Sequence record: NZ_CP064874.1
Reading direction: 5' to 3' (one strand)
Source: a plasmid
Length of the DNA stretch: 64,000 nucleotides
Position 1 is the stretch's first letter, and each line of letters begins with the position of its first letter. Position numbers and translations under genes: made by a program. This document shows positions 35,811-46,341 of the stretch, piece by piece. The notes beneath the pieces are model-generated. The model was not told where the DNA came from, ran no database searches, and worked only from the letters and a program-made list of their open reading frames with translations.

Positions 35811-36900
35811 CGCTATTCGCAAGCACGCGTCGATCCGCTCATGCCTTTGAGCGACAGCTAGCTGTATGAGGCCATGACGTTGCTGACTCGCGTCGGTGTC
35901 GCAGAGGCGGGCGGTTGCCCGTCGTGAGCGCCGTGGGGACGGTGATAGTTGTAGTGCCGGTTCCACACTTCGAGCGCGGCAGCGCGTTCGGCTTCTGAGC
36001 GCCAGATGCGCGCGTAAAGAAACTCTTCGGCGAGGATCCGGTTGTAGCGCTCGACTTTGCCGTTGTGTCGAGGCGTGTATGGCGTGATGCGCTGGTGTCG
36101 ACTGTTCCCGACTGCGTCGTGGAAAGCTGCGGATCGGTAGCAGGAACCGTTGTCGGTCACGACCCGCTCGATCCCGGCGATGCCGTGCTTGGCGAACCAA
36201 GCTCTTGCACGTCCGAGGAACGCGACGGCAGTGGCGGCTTTCTCGTCCGGCAACGCTTCGGTGTACGCGAGTCGGGTGTGCCCGTCGATGGCCGAATGCA
36301 GGTAGACGTACCCAGTCTTCGTACCCCGGGTCTTCTGACGTGCGACAGCTTTGGCTTTCTCGCTGCCTTTGCCGTGCACACGCCACCCGCCGCCATCAGG
36401 GATACGACCGACCTTCTTCACGTCCAGGTGCACCATGTGGCCGGGACGTTTGGTGGTGATGCGTTGCGGTTCCCGATTCAACTCGCCGTTGGGGTCAATA
36501 TACTTGCGCTGGTTCAGGCCCAGCTGCGCGAGGAGCCGGGTGATGGTGCGACGACTGACCGGTGTTCCTGCTTGCTCGAGCTCGAATGCGATACGGGACG
36601 CTGGCCATTTCTGTTCTCGTCGCATTGACTCGATCTGCTCCACGAGGCGGCCAGGCGTTGCAGATGGTTGACGGATCGGCGACGACGAGCGGTCCTGTAG
36701 ACCGAGCTTCCCGAATCGTTTGTATCTGTTGACCCATTTCGAGGCGGTCGCGCGGGAGATCCCCATCTCTGCGGCAACATGAGAAATAGGTCGAGTCCGA
36801 CAGCGCGCGACGAGTCGACGACGACCTTCGACCGTCAGTGGCGAATTTGCGTGCGTCACTTGACCACCTCGCTCTCGACGGGTGCAATCAGCCGAATAAG
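35811..36900 (-). mobile_element. IS481-family insertion sequence
   Basis: Transposase 35858..36859; imperfect terminal IRs (GCTATTCGC..CACGCGTCGA / CTTATTCGG..CACCCGTCGA); left end lies inside the 3' end of the MFS gene. Confidence 0.65.
35858..36859 (-). CDS. IS481 family transposase
   Basis: GTG start VTHANSPLTVEGRRRLV (typical IS481 N-terminus), HTH plus rve DDE domain (YLHSAIDGHTR ... TDNGSCY ... NGKVERYN). Confidence 0.8.
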   Translation of the reverse strand: MTHANSPLTVEGRRRLVARCRTRPISHVAAEMGISRATASKWVNRYKRFGKLGLQDRSSSPIRQPSATPGRLVEQIESMRREQKWPASRIAFELEQAGTPVSRRTITRLLAQLGLNQRKYIDPNGELNREPQRITTKRPGHMVHLDVKKVGRIPDGGGWRVHGKGSEKAKAVARQKTRGTKTGYVYLHSAIDGHTRLAYTEALPDEKAATAVAFLGRARAWFAKHGIAGIERVVTDNGSCYRSAAFHDAVGNSRHQRITPYTPRHNGKVERYNRILAEEFLYARIWRSEAERAAALEVWNRHYNYHRPHGAHDGQPPASATPTRVSNVMASYS

Positions 36901-38037
36901 CGGAACTGCGAGCAGCAGTGCCGTGGTGGTCGCGAGCGCGGCTACCCAAACGGGTCCGAGCGCGCCCGGCATGACGCTGAGTGCGGCGGAGGCGAGCACG
37001 GGACCGGCGGCCGCGCCAACGTTGAGTGCCGCTGTCGCGTATGACCCTGCCATGGTGGGTGCACTCGCCGCGGCATAGAGCACTCGTGTGATCAGCGTGC
37101 TCCCGACGGCGAACCCCACCACACCCTGAGTGAATACGAGCCCGAGCAGGGCAACGGGGTTCGTTGCAAAGAGGGCCAGCGCGACCCACCCGAGCACCAG
37201 AACGCTGCCACCACCGACGATGACGATCCTGGGTCGGGCATCCGAGAGTCGTCCCGCAACGGTGACGCCGATGAAGGAGCCGACGCCGAAGAGCACAAGG
37301 GCCAGCGGTACCCACCACTGGCTCAGGCCGGCGGTGTCCGTAACGATCGGCGCGAGATAGGTGAGCGTGGCGAAGGTGCCGGCATTCACCAGGGCAGCGA
37401 GCAGCATCGTTAGAACGAGGCGCGGCGAGGACAGCTGCGCCAGTTCCACACGCAGCGAGGTCGAGGACGACTCCTCCCTTGACGAGTCGTGAACTTGAGT
37501 GTTGAAGCCCGCGGCAATGCCGATCGCAGCGGGGACGCAGAGAAGAGCGATCGCCCAGAACGTCGACTGCCAGCCGAGTGCCGTTCCAAGCAGTGCACCG
37601 GCGGGGACGCCGGCGACGGTGGCGACGGTGGTACCCGCCAGCAGAACCGCCACGGCCCGCCCTTTGGCATCGGGTGCTACGAGTCTCGTCGCCGCACCCA
37701 AAGCGACCGCCAGGAAGCCTGCATTCACGATCGCCGCGATCACGCGCGTGATGAACAGAACCGTGAAATCCGGCGTAAGTGCCCCGACGACGTGGGATAG
37801 CGCGAATACGATCGCGCAACCCAGGAGTGTCGCCTTCACGGGGAGGTGACGAGTGAGCGCGGCCATCGCCGGTGCACCGATCACCATCCCTGCGGCGAAC
37901 GCCGATGTCAGGAGACCAGCGGTCCCCACGGAAACGCTGAAGTATGTGGAGATGTCGGGCACGAGGCCGGCGAGCATGAATTCGGAAGTACCCATGGCGA
38001 AGACCACCAGGGCAAGAAGATAGAGAGCGAAAGGCAT
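36856..38037 (-). CDS. MFS transporter; the last about 15 codons and the stop are supplied by the IS481 end
   Basis: ORF 36856..38139 trimmed to MPFALYLLALVV; 12 predicted TM helices; stop TGA overlaps the IS481 transposase GTG (GTGA). Confidence 0.7.
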   Translation of the reverse strand: MPFALYLLALVVFAMGTSEFMLAGLVPDISTYFSVSVGTAGLLTSAFAAGMVIGAPAMAALTRHLPVKATLLGCAIVFALSHVVGALTPDFTVLFITRVIAAIVNAGFLAVALGAATRLVAPDAKGRAVAVLLAGTTVATVAGVPAGALLGTALGWQSTFWAIALLCVPAAIGIAAGFNTQVHDSSREESSSTSLRVELAQLSSPRLVLTMLLAALVNAGTFATLTYLAPIVTDTAGLSQWWVPLALVLFGVGSFIGVTVAGRLSDARPRIVIVGGGSVLVLGWVALALFATNPVALLGLVFTQGVVGFAVGSTLITRVLYAAASAPTMAGSYATAALNVGAAAGPVLASAALSVMPGALGPVWVAALATTTALLLAVPLIRLIAPVESEVVK

Positions 38038-38604
38038 CGAGATAGCTCCGAAGCGAGAGTACGAACAAGAGAACGTCTCGTCACCACGGTCAGCGCCCAG
38101 AGGGCACCCGGATGCCGTGCTGCGCGCAGCACTGGGCAACAGAGAGCTAAGGGCTCAGCGGAGGTGAGGGGCTGACGGCGTGACCGAAAGCCCCTGAGTG
38201 TCCGATTCAGGGCTCGACATACCGCTCACCTTACCTGGCTGCGCCGCCAGCCCCAAGAAGTGTCAACAACCTCCTGGCCAGCAACAGCTAGCAGATCGTC
38301 GTCCGCCGAGTGTGGTGGGCTTGTACCTCTCCTCTGTTGCGGAGATCTCCGGGCAGGCGCGTCCCGCTGACGAGAGCCACAAACTCCAGGCGGAGTCTCT
38401 TCGGTGGTTGCTCTGATCACGTCGTTCGATACACTCGGAATGTGCATTTGTACTTCCTGTGACGGCTGAGTAAGGCCTACCGCGCTCGTTGAGTCATCCG
38501 AGCCTGCGGCGGCCGCTCGTTCTCGACCCTGCACGGGTCGCCGTCACCTTGCGCACCCTCGCACGCTTCATAGCCGTGCGGTGCGTCGTTTCCGAAGGAT
38601 ACGA

Positions 38605-40245
38605 ATGCTCTCCCTCAACACCCCTCTACCAGCGCGCCATCGCGCGCAGCTCATCGCCTCCGACGTCTCCGTAACGCGCGGAGCCACCCCCGTCCTCAGC
38701 CACGTCGACCTCACGGTCACGGCCACCTCGCGAGTAGCGATCGTGGGCGAGAACGGCCGGGGGAAGTCGACGCTCCTGCACGTCCTCAGCGGCGCTCTCA
38801 CCCCGGACAGCGGAGTAGTGCAGCGACTCGGGACGGTCGGCATAGCCGAACAAGAGATGCCGACCGGCGGCAACCGCACAGTGGGCCAGGCGGTCGCGGA
38901 AGCGATCGCGCAGCCGCTCGCCGCCGTTGCGGCCCTCGATTCGGCCGCGGTGTCACTCGCCGCAGGCGTCCCCGGCGCCGAAGAACGATACGCCGCCGCA
39001 TTGGAACACGCCGAAGTCCTCGATGCGTGGGATGCCGAACGGCGGGTGCAGATCGCGTTGGAAGCACTCGACGCCGAAACGGAGCCATCCCGGCGCCTGG
39101 ACGACCTCTCCGTCGGGCAGCGCTATCGAGTCCGTCTGGCGTGCCTGCTCGGCGCCGACGACGATTTCCTGCTCCTCGACGAACCCACAAATCACCTCGA
39201 TCGAAGCGGCCTCGAGTTTCTGACCACGCAACTGCGGTCGCGAAACGGCGGCGTGGTCGTCGTCACCCATGATCGCGCGCTGCTCTCCGACGTCGCGGAG
39301 ACGATCGTGGACCTCGACCCGACCCCGGATGACCGGGTGCGCGTGTACGGCAACGGTTATGCCGGCTACCGCGAGGGCCGGCGCGCCGAGCGCGAACGGT
39401 GGGAGCACGAATTCGAGCGACAGCAGACCGAGCTCGCGCGGCTGCAGGACAGTCTCAGCTCGGCGCAGAACCGACTCGTCTCGGGGTGGCGACCAGAGAA
39501 GGGAACCAACAAGCACGGACGGGCCACGCGCGCGGGCGGGCTCGTGCAGAGCGTGCATCGCCGGCAGGAGCAACTCGAAGCGCACGCGGTGACTGTTCCC
39601 GAGCCGCCGCAAGTGTTTCGCTTCCCGGAGCTTGCGACCCGAACCGGAGCGGTGCTGTTGAGCGTGGAGGACGTGACCGTGACCGGCAGGCTTACGCGCC
39701 CGGCGGCGTTCTCTCTGTCACACCGCGGGCGTCTCGTAGTGACCGGACCCAACGGGGCCGGCAAGTCCACACTGCTGAGCGTCGCAGCGGGAGACCTCCG
39801 CCCGGACACCGGCACCGTTCGTCGCCCGCAGAACGTGCGGCTCGCTTTTCTGCGCCAAGAGTCGGAGCTGCCGCTGGATCGTCGCGCGAGCGAGTTCTAC
39901 GCAGCCCACGTCGACGCGCTCGTTCCATCGCGTGAGGCAGTCGGTCTCTCGCAGCTCGGGCTCCTGCGCGCCCGCGAATCGAGCAAGCGGATAGGTGAGC
40001 TGTCGATGGGCCAGCAACGGCGCCTCGAGCTGGCCCTGGTGCTCGCCACCAAGCCGCACGTGCTCTTGCTCGACGAACCGACCAACCACCTATCGATCGC
40101 GCTCGTCGACGAACTGACCGACGCGCTCAACGCCACCCAAGCGGCTGTTGTCGTATCCACCCACGACCGGCAGCTTCTCCGCGACGTCGAAGGCTGGCCG
40201 GCACTGCAACTGGAAGCTACGACCGAAAGCGAGGCGCTCGTATGA
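38605..40245 (+). CDS. ABC-F family ATPase (tandem ABC domains, no TMD); possible ribosomal-protection antibiotic-resistance type
   Basis: Two Walker A ([18 protein letters not shown]), two signature/Walker B ([11 protein letters not shown]); inter-domain linker; ATGA coupling to the downstream MFS. Confidence 0.75.
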   Translation: MLSLNTPLPARHRAQLIASDVSVTRGATPVLSHVDLTVTATSRVAIVGENGRGKSTLLHVLSGALTPDSGVVQRLGTVGIAEQEMPTGGNRTVGQAVAEAIAQPLAAVAALDSAAVSLAAGVPGAEERYAAALEHAEVLDAWDAERRVQIALEALDAETEPSRRLDDLSVGQRYRVRLACLLGADDDFLLLDEPTNHLDRSGLEFLTTQLRSRNGGVVVVTHDRALLSDVAETIVDLDPTPDDRVRVYGNGYAGYREGRRAERERWEHEFERQQTELARLQDSLSSAQNRLVSGWRPEKGTNKHGRATRAGGLVQSVHRRQEQLEAHAVTVPEPPQVFRFPELATRTGAVLLSVEDVTVTGRLTRPAAFSLSHRGRLVVTGPNGAGKSTLLSVAAGDLRPDTGTVRRPQNVRLAFLRQESELPLDRRASEFYAAHVDALVPSREAVGLSQLGLLRARESSKRIGELSMGQQRRLELALVLATKPHVLLLDEPTNHLSIALVDELTDALNATQAAVVVSTHDRQLLRDVEGWPALQLEATTESEALV

Positions 40246-41507
40246 CCCGCGAGACTCCCGACCGGCTGCGGGCGCTGCGCCCTCTCGCTACCCGCGACTA
40301 CCGGCTGCTGTTCGCGGCCGTCGGTATCGAAGTCTTCGGCACCGGCATGTGGACCATCGTCATGGTGTTTCAGGTGCTCGCACTCGACGACAGCCCCCTT
40401 GCCCTGTCAGCCGTCGCTACCGGGCTCAGCCTCGGCCTCTTCGCTTTCTCGGTCCTCGGCGGGGTGGTAGCCGATCGCTTCTCGAAGCGGCGGATCATCA
40501 TCACCGTGCAGGGACTCACCGCGGCGGTCATGGCCGCCGTCGCGGTGCTGTCCCTCACGGGCGCGATCGAGTTGTGGCATGTCGGGCTCGCCTCGTTCGC
40601 CATGGGCGCGGGTAGTGCGTTCTTCTACCCGGCCTACAGCGCCTACCTCCCCCAAGTACTACCGCCCGAACAACTGCTCGCCGCAAACGGGCTCGAAGGG
40701 GCTCTCCGGCCCTCGATGGGGCAGGGCCTCGGACCCGCCCTCGGAGGGATCATCGTCGGGGCGTTCTTCCCCGCCATCGGAGCGGTCATCGTCGCCGCGT
40801 CCTACGCAGTCGCGTTCGTCATCACACTGTTCCTCAGCCGCCGGGAGGAAACCACCGAACCGGAACAGTCGCAGCAACGCACGAGCGTGTGGGGCGACCT
40901 CAAAGCCGGGGTCCGCTACGTCGCCCGCACCCGCTGGCTGCTATGGACCCTGATCTTCGGATCATCCCTCGCGCTCATCATCCAGGGCCCAATCGAGGTA
41001 CTTCTCCCCTTCCTCACCCGCGACCGATTCGACGACGCCGAAGCAACGTTCGGACTACTACTCGCCGCCTACGGAATCGGAGGCGCCATCGGATCGCTCA
41101 TCGTGTCGTCACTCAAACTGCCCCGGCGATACCTGACACTGATGATCGGCCTCTGGGGCGGCGGTACCCTCCCGCTCGTGCGCATCGGCCTCGCCAACAA
41201 CCTAATAGTGATGCTCGCCACACTGTTCGCGGTCGGAGCTGCCACAGGAGCCGGCGTGGTGATCTGGGGCACACTGCTTCAACGCCTCGTGCCACCCGAA
41301 ATGATCGGCCGTGTCGCCAGTCTCGACTTCTTCGTCTCCATCGCGTTCATGCCCGTCTCGATCGCCATCGCCGGGCCCCTATCGCTGATCGTGCCGATAC
41401 CAGCCATCTTCATCGTGGCCGGCGTCGCGCCGACGCTGCTCGCCATCGTCGCGCTTCTAGCCGGACGCATGCGGGACGTCGAGACGAGACACCCCCTGGA
41501 CACTTGA
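40242..41507 (+). CDS. MFS transporter (efflux-like)
   Basis: 421 aa, 12 TM-like hydrophobic segments, MFS motif [12 protein letters not shown]. Confidence 0.75.
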   Translation: MTRETPDRLRALRPLATRDYRLLFAAVGIEVFGTGMWTIVMVFQVLALDDSPLALSAVATGLSLGLFAFSVLGGVVADRFSKRRIIITVQGLTAAVMAAVAVLSLTGAIELWHVGLASFAMGAGSAFFYPAYSAYLPQVLPPEQLLAANGLEGALRPSMGQGLGPALGGIIVGAFFPAIGAVIVAASYAVAFVITLFLSRREETTEPEQSQQRTSVWGDLKAGVRYVARTRWLLWTLIFGSSLALIIQGPIEVLLPFLTRDRFDDAEATFGLLLAAYGIGGAIGSLIVSSLKLPRRYLTLMIGLWGGGTLPLVRIGLANNLIVMLATLFAVGAATGAGVVIWGTLLQRLVPPEMIGRVASLDFFVSIAFMPVSIAIAGPLSLIVPIPAIFIVAGVAPTLLAIVALLAGRMRDVETRHPLDT

Positions 41508-41608
41508 CCCAGCGCCGCACTGCGTCCCTGATTGTTAGCGTCCTGGAAGGAATTGACTCGGCTTGGAGTTCTCGGGCCGCGGCTGCCTGAACCCACTCCG
41601 ATGTGCCC

Positions 41609-43450
41609 TCAGCGGGGGAGGAAATCTGCTCTCGCGGCGACGAACTCGGAATTGTCGCGTTGCGAGAACTGCGACCATCGGCTCGCTGTCTGCGGCGTGA
41701 TTCCCATCTGAACGGCCACGATAGCGGCGGGGAGGTCGCTAGCGAGGGCGAGCATGGCGTAGTTCCGGGCGATCCGCGGGCTGACCCCGGCCCGCGCTAT
41801 CCACCGTCCGAGGGTCGTGGGATGGATCGGCTCGTGGTGTCGTCGGGGAGATGGGAATAGATACGATCCCTCACCGGCTCGCCGAGTCGCCCCCGGATTC
41901 TGCTCAGCTTCTTTCACGAGCTGCGCGAAGAGTTGAGCGACCGAGTTCGGGATCTCGATGGGTTCTGTCGATAGCGCGAGATACGTTCGTCCTCCGGCTG
42001 TACTGGTGTCGACAGTGGTGAGCCGGTGGATGCGGTCGGTTCGAGCTCCGTAAAGGAGCACGAGCAGCGCGGCAACCCTGGTCGCGAGGCTCACCGTGTC
42101 GTCCGACCCGGCGATAAACGTGCGGACCAGAGCGTGATGCTCGTCCTCCCCGCTGACCTCGCTCGGCCTGGCCTGCTGTCCGCGCTCGACGCGGAGTCCC
42201 GGATACTGGCCGGTGGACCTGAGCCACGAGATGAACGGTGCGATGTCGCCGGTGCGGGCTGCGTTGCCGCCGACCCACCGGTCTAGGACCTCCTGTGTCA
42301 GCGCGGAGAAGCCCGCCCCTTCTTGCTCGACGTGCTGCAGGAGTCGCGCGGCCGCGCGGATCCGTTCACGCGCGGAATCTGCGACACCGACCGTGGTACG
42401 GCGGCGTCCTGCCCGCCGCCGCACAGTCCGCAGCACCTTCCATTGTGCATAGGGAGTGATCTCGGCGGCATGGTGTGAAGGAAGCTGGATCAGGTACTCG
42501 TCGACCCATGTTTCGAGCCGCTCAGTCTGCTCATCTCGTACCGGGAGAACGCCGACGTCGACCAGGAGCGCACGGAGATGATGTCGCGCCTGCCCAGGCG
42601 GACACGCGTCAACGCGCGCATGCGTGATCGACTCTTCCGACCCGATCGCTCGGAGCAGAGCTCTCGGGGTGGGCTTGAGCAGCCATCTCATGGTCGAGTC
42701 CACGCGACCTCGATAAACGAGCGCGTCCGGGAGCCCGGCCAAACGCCCGGGGATCACCCCCGTCGCGGACGCGAGGAGGTCGCCGGCGGCTCGAACGACG
42801 GAGCAGCGGATGCAGGTGTTCTCGAAGTGCTGCTCACCCGGGGCGCCACACGTGGCACAGACGTAGTCGCGCGTCGACCCTGCACACGGCCCGCAAACGC
42901 GCTCCCCTCGGTCATCGCGACCGATGAGCGCTTTCACCTGCCCACAAGACCCGCAGCCGTCGGGGTGGCGGAGCTCGCGTCGATAGCACACGCCGCATAT
43001 AGACCCGAGGGGCCAGGTCGTATGAACCGCGCGCTTCTCACCGCAGATGGCGCACTCGGCGATGGGGGTGCGGTAGCAGCTGTGGCACAGATCTGCTACG
43101 CCATTCTGGTGGCGGGTTGCGACGCGTCGCTCCCGTCCGCATTGTCCGCACGCTCTGACCGGTGCGGAGTAGCAGCGCTGGCAGAGATCCTGACCGTCCA
43201 CGATGGCGGTGACGTGATCGACACGGCCGCATCCCGCACACGCCCGCTTAGGGCGCGCGCAGTGCCCGCAGAGTGGTGCGCCGTCCTCGGCTCGAGCGCT
43301 GGGCGCACGGATGCGACCACAGCGCGAGCACTCCATACGTCGGCTGACGTTGTAGCACGGTCGGCAGAGCCCTCCACCGTCGGGGAGTCGTTTCACCCGC
43401 GGGGCGCGGCTTCCGCACTCGGAGCAAGGATGCTCCGGCACCACGGTCAT
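41609..43450 (-). CDS. tandem zinc-ribbon protein (14 CxxC) with C-terminal tyrosine-recombinase-like domain lacking an obvious catalytic Tyr
   Basis: ORF 41609..43582 trimmed to MTVVPEHPCSECGS; repeated C-x2-C-x9-12-C-x2-C units; C-terminal LLVLLYGARTDRIHRL, HPTTLGRWIARAG recombinase-like boxes but final motif reads QTASRWSQF. Confidence 0.55.
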   Translation of the reverse strand: MTVVPEHPCSECGSRAPRVKRLPDGGGLCRPCYNVSRRMECSRCGRIRAPSARAEDGAPLCGHCARPKRACAGCGRVDHVTAIVDGQDLCQRCYSAPVRACGQCGRERRVATRHQNGVADLCHSCYRTPIAECAICGEKRAVHTTWPLGSICGVCYRRELRHPDGCGSCGQVKALIGRDDRGERVCGPCAGSTRDYVCATCGAPGEQHFENTCIRCSVVRAAGDLLASATGVIPGRLAGLPDALVYRGRVDSTMRWLLKPTPRALLRAIGSEESITHARVDACPPGQARHHLRALLVDVGVLPVRDEQTERLETWVDEYLIQLPSHHAAEITPYAQWKVLRTVRRRAGRRRTTVGVADSARERIRAAARLLQHVEQEGAGFSALTQEVLDRWVGGNAARTGDIAPFISWLRSTGQYPGLRVERGQQARPSEVSGEDEHHALVRTFIAGSDDTVSLATRVAALLVLLYGARTDRIHRLTTVDTSTAGGRTYLALSTEPIEIPNSVAQLFAQLVKEAEQNPGATRRAGEGSYLFPSPRRHHEPIHPTTLGRWIARAGVSPRIARNYAMLALASDLPAAIVAVQMGITPQTASRWSQFSQRDNSEFVAARADFLPR

Positions 43451-43776
43451 TTCGAATGCCCGGGCCGATTGATCGTCGTTCGGCGGGCGGATACTCGGCT
43501 CTTCCGCGGGATGACTTCCCCGGAAGCCTTCCTGGCGGACGCCTCGACGATGCGGGGTTCGATGAGGTCGTTGGGTGTGCACTCAAGGATGTCGCACAGC
43601 GCGATCAGCGTAACCATGCTCAGGCGCTGCGGCTGACCCGTCACCAGCCGGTAGGTCTGCTCCCGGGAGAGCGCGACACCACGCTCAGCGAGCAGCGGCT
43701 GCAGGTCCGTCGTGGCGAACATTCCACGCTCCGCCATCTTCGCTCGCAGATGCCAGACGTAGTCCATCTCTTTCAC
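43447..43776 (-). CDS. XRE-family HTH transcriptional regulator
   Basis: VTLIALCDILECTPNDL HTH; ATGA overlap with the downstream gene and 4-bp overlap with the integrase gene. Confidence 0.7.
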   Translation of the reverse strand: MKEMDYVWHLRAKMAERGMFATTDLQPLLAERGVALSREQTYRLVTGQPQRLSMVTLIALCDILECTPNDLIEPRIVEASARKASGEVIPRKSRVSARRTTINRPGHSK

Positions 43777-44927
43777 CGTGCTGCCTCCTCGAAGTCGGCG
43801 CCGTAGCGGGTGTGAATAGCTTGGGTGAGCAGCCGGTTCCGGTACTCGTTAGAGACGCCGACGTAGATCGCGGTCGTCGAGGAAAACGAGTGCCCCACCT
43901 GCTCCTGAATGAACCGCTCCGGGTAGTCGAACTCCACCAGGTGCGTCACGTACGAGTGCCGCAACGAATGCAGATCCAACGAAGAGTCGATCCCCGCGGC
44001 ATCACGAGCTGTACAGAACGCTTCGTTCGCCGCACGCCTGCTCAGCCTCGTGCCCCGTTCGGTCACCCACAGAGCAGGCGACGAACTCGACGATGACGAC
44101 AACGCCGGCCGAACCTCATCGAGGTAGTGCGCCAGCGTCTCCGCGATCCAGCCCATCTCCGGAACGGTGAGCACCGTGCGCCGCTTCGACGGGCCCCCGC
44201 GGCTCGCTTTGCCATGGCGCACCGACAGTGCACCGAATCGGTCTAGGTGCGGCAGCTTCGCGTTGCGGCGGAGATCCACGAGATCAAGCATGACCGCCTC
44301 ACGTCTTCGCAACCCGAACGCATAGACGCACTTGAGAAGCGCGGCGTCCCGCACGGCCTGAACCGCACCCTTTCGCCGTCGCGACAGGATCCGTGCGGCG
44401 AGCCCGTCGGCCGCATCGAACAGCGCCTGGACTTCGTCGAATGTCAACGGTCGCCGCGCGGCATCGCCCTCGTACTCGCTGACATGCACAATCGAGTTGT
44501 CCTCATGGAACACCTGTCTGGGTGCAGCGCCAAAACGCGCTTCACACTCGGACAGCCAGGGATATCGAGGATCAGTGATGTACTCGCAGAACATCTTGAT
44601 GTCGATCTCGTATCCACGCAGCGTCGATAGCCGCAACGGCTTCACGCCCGAGCGCAGCTCACTGATCCACGCCTCCGCCTCCGCCGGCGTCCATTGCCAC
44701 GGGTACATACCCGTGAAGTCCACGAACCGGCGCACGAGCCGCTCTCTCGCCGCAATCGTCGGAGCCTTCAAGAAGCGAGCAATCTGCTGGGCTCGCCACC
44801 CATTCAACATCCCGTCGAGCACGGCTCCCTCAGGGTCAAGATGAATGACATTCCGCGCGGAGACGAGCCGCTGCGCAGACGATGGATCAACTTCAAGCAC
44901 ATCCTCATGATGCATCCAATACAACAT
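43773..44927 (-). CDS. tyrosine recombinase / integrase
   Basis: ORF 43773..44990; catalytic boxes LHSLRHSYVTHLVE and VGHSFSSTTAIYVGV. Confidence 0.8.
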   Translation of the reverse strand: MLYWMHHEDVLEVDPSSAQRLVSARNVIHLDPEGAVLDGMLNGWRAQQIARFLKAPTIAARERLVRRFVDFTGMYPWQWTPAEAEAWISELRSGVKPLRLSTLRGYEIDIKMFCEYITDPRYPWLSECEARFGAAPRQVFHEDNSIVHVSEYEGDAARRPLTFDEVQALFDAADGLAARILSRRRKGAVQAVRDAALLKCVYAFGLRRREAVMLDLVDLRRNAKLPHLDRFGALSVRHGKASRGGPSKRRTVLTVPEMGWIAETLAHYLDEVRPALSSSSSSSPALWVTERGTRLSRRAANEAFCTARDAAGIDSSLDLHSLRHSYVTHLVEFDYPERFIQEQVGHSFSSTTAIYVGVSNEYRNRLLTQAIHTRYGADFEEAAR

Positions 44928-45008
44928 TGATGCAAATGAAGTACTCTGGGTGATCAAGAGTGGCGCAGAGACCCCCGGCCCCCTCGACATCCTTCTTGAG
45001 CTCAGGCT

Positions 45009-45317
45009 CTACCGCGCGGGCGATCGCGCTTCGCGCGTTGCATCGGATGGCAATATCGCCCGTTTTGCGATCGCATCGATGAGGTCCGGGCGAAACCCTG
45101 TCCAGGGCGCCATGCCGGGAACTTGGACCACCGGAAGCTGCGTCGAGCCTCCCGCCTGCGCCACTCGCCGCGCCGTCGCCGCCGCGTCGAGGTCTGCGTC
45201 GACGTCAACGGACTCGAACGCGATTCCCCGCTCGGTGAGCGCTCGGCACGTTGCCCTGCACTGCACGCATCCCTCTCGGCCGAACACTTGCACCTCGCCG
45301 GCTTCTGTCGCACTCAT
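45009..45317 (-). CDS. NrdH-like glutaredoxin
   Basis: ORF 45009..45470 trimmed to MSATEAGEVQVFGREGCVQCRATCRALTERGIAFESVDV ... PVVQVPGMAPWTGFRPDLI (CxxC redoxin, NrdH pattern). Confidence 0.55.
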   Translation of the reverse strand: MSATEAGEVQVFGREGCVQCRATCRALTERGIAFESVDVDADLDAAATARRVAQAGGSTQLPVVQVPGMAPWTGFRPDLIDAIAKRAILPSDATREARSPAR

Positions 45318-45361
45318 CGTCCCTGCCCCTTCCCCCTCACGTTCTTTTGCCGTGAAGGCGA

Positions 45362-46256
45362 CTAGGGCGTGTCTCTTAAAGCCTTGAGCCAGATGGTGAT
45401 GGCGCGTAGGACGACGCCGCCGCGATAGGTCAGGGCGAGTTTGTCGTAGCGGGTGGCCAAGGCGCGCCATTGCTTGAAGATGTTGAATCCGCGCTCGACG
45501 ACGTTGCGGCGCTTGTAGGCCTCGGTGTCGTAGGTGACCGGGCGACCACCCTTGGCGCCGCGGCGCTTGCGGTTGGCGATCTGATCATCGCGTTCGGGGA
45601 TGACGGCCTGGATGCCGCGCCGGCGCAACAGCTTGCGGTTGGCCCGGGAAGAGTAAGCCTTGTCACCCAGCGCCCGGTCGGGCCTGGTGCGTGGCCGGCC
45701 CCCACCCAGGCGCGGTACCCGCAGGGCGTTCATCACGTGCTCGAACATCGGGGAGTCCCCGCCCTGCCCGGGCCCGAGCAGCATCACCAGCGGCCGCATG
45801 TTCCCGTCGCACAGGTGGTGGATCTTCGTCGACAGGCCGCCGCGGGAGCGGCCGATGGCGTGATCAGGCGGCTCGATGCGCAGATTCGTGTAATTCGTCA
45901 GGTCCCCCTGTGTCCCGGGGCAGGTTGGTGGCGTGCTGATGGGCGCGGTTGATCGTGGAGTCCACCGAGACTTCCCAGTCGATCAGCCCGGCGGCGTCGG
46001 CATGGGCCAGCAGGACGCTGTGGATCTTGTCCCACGTCCCATCACCGCTGAAGCGGCGGTGCCGCTTCCACACCGTCTGCCACGGCCCGAAGCACCCGGG
46101 TAAGTCCCGCCACGCGATCCCGGTCCGGTAGCGATAGATGATGCCCTCCACCACGGTGCGATGATCGGCGAACGGCCGACCACGACGCCCCTGCGAGGAC
46201 GGCATCAACGGAGCAATCAGCTCCCACTGCGCATCAGTCAGCAACTCCGTTCGAGA
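45362..46256 (-). CDS. IS5 family transposase (OrfA about 45864-46256, OrfB 45362-45799, frameshifted)
   Basis: Related to copy A (LTDAQWELIAPLMP; IPERDDQIANRKRRGAKGGRPVTYD). Confidence 0.75.
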
Positions 46257-46309
46257 CACACACCGAGCGTTCCAGCGACCAGCCCAAACCTTTGGGAGAC
46301 ACGCCCTAG
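45362..46309 (-). mobile_element. IS5-family (IS427-group-like) element, copy B
   Basis: Perfect terminal IRs CTAGGGCGTGTCTC at 45362-45375 and 46296-46309; two-frame transposase. Confidence 0.8.
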
Positions 46310-46341
46310 TCGCTTTCCAGGAGAACTGGCTCTTCGCGCGG

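Noticed and set aside
35858-38068. 736-aa minus-strand ORF
   Set aside because: Read-through artefact; only the C-terminal 333 codons (IS481 transposase from GTG 36859) are real, and the upstream part is another frame of the MFS transporter gene.
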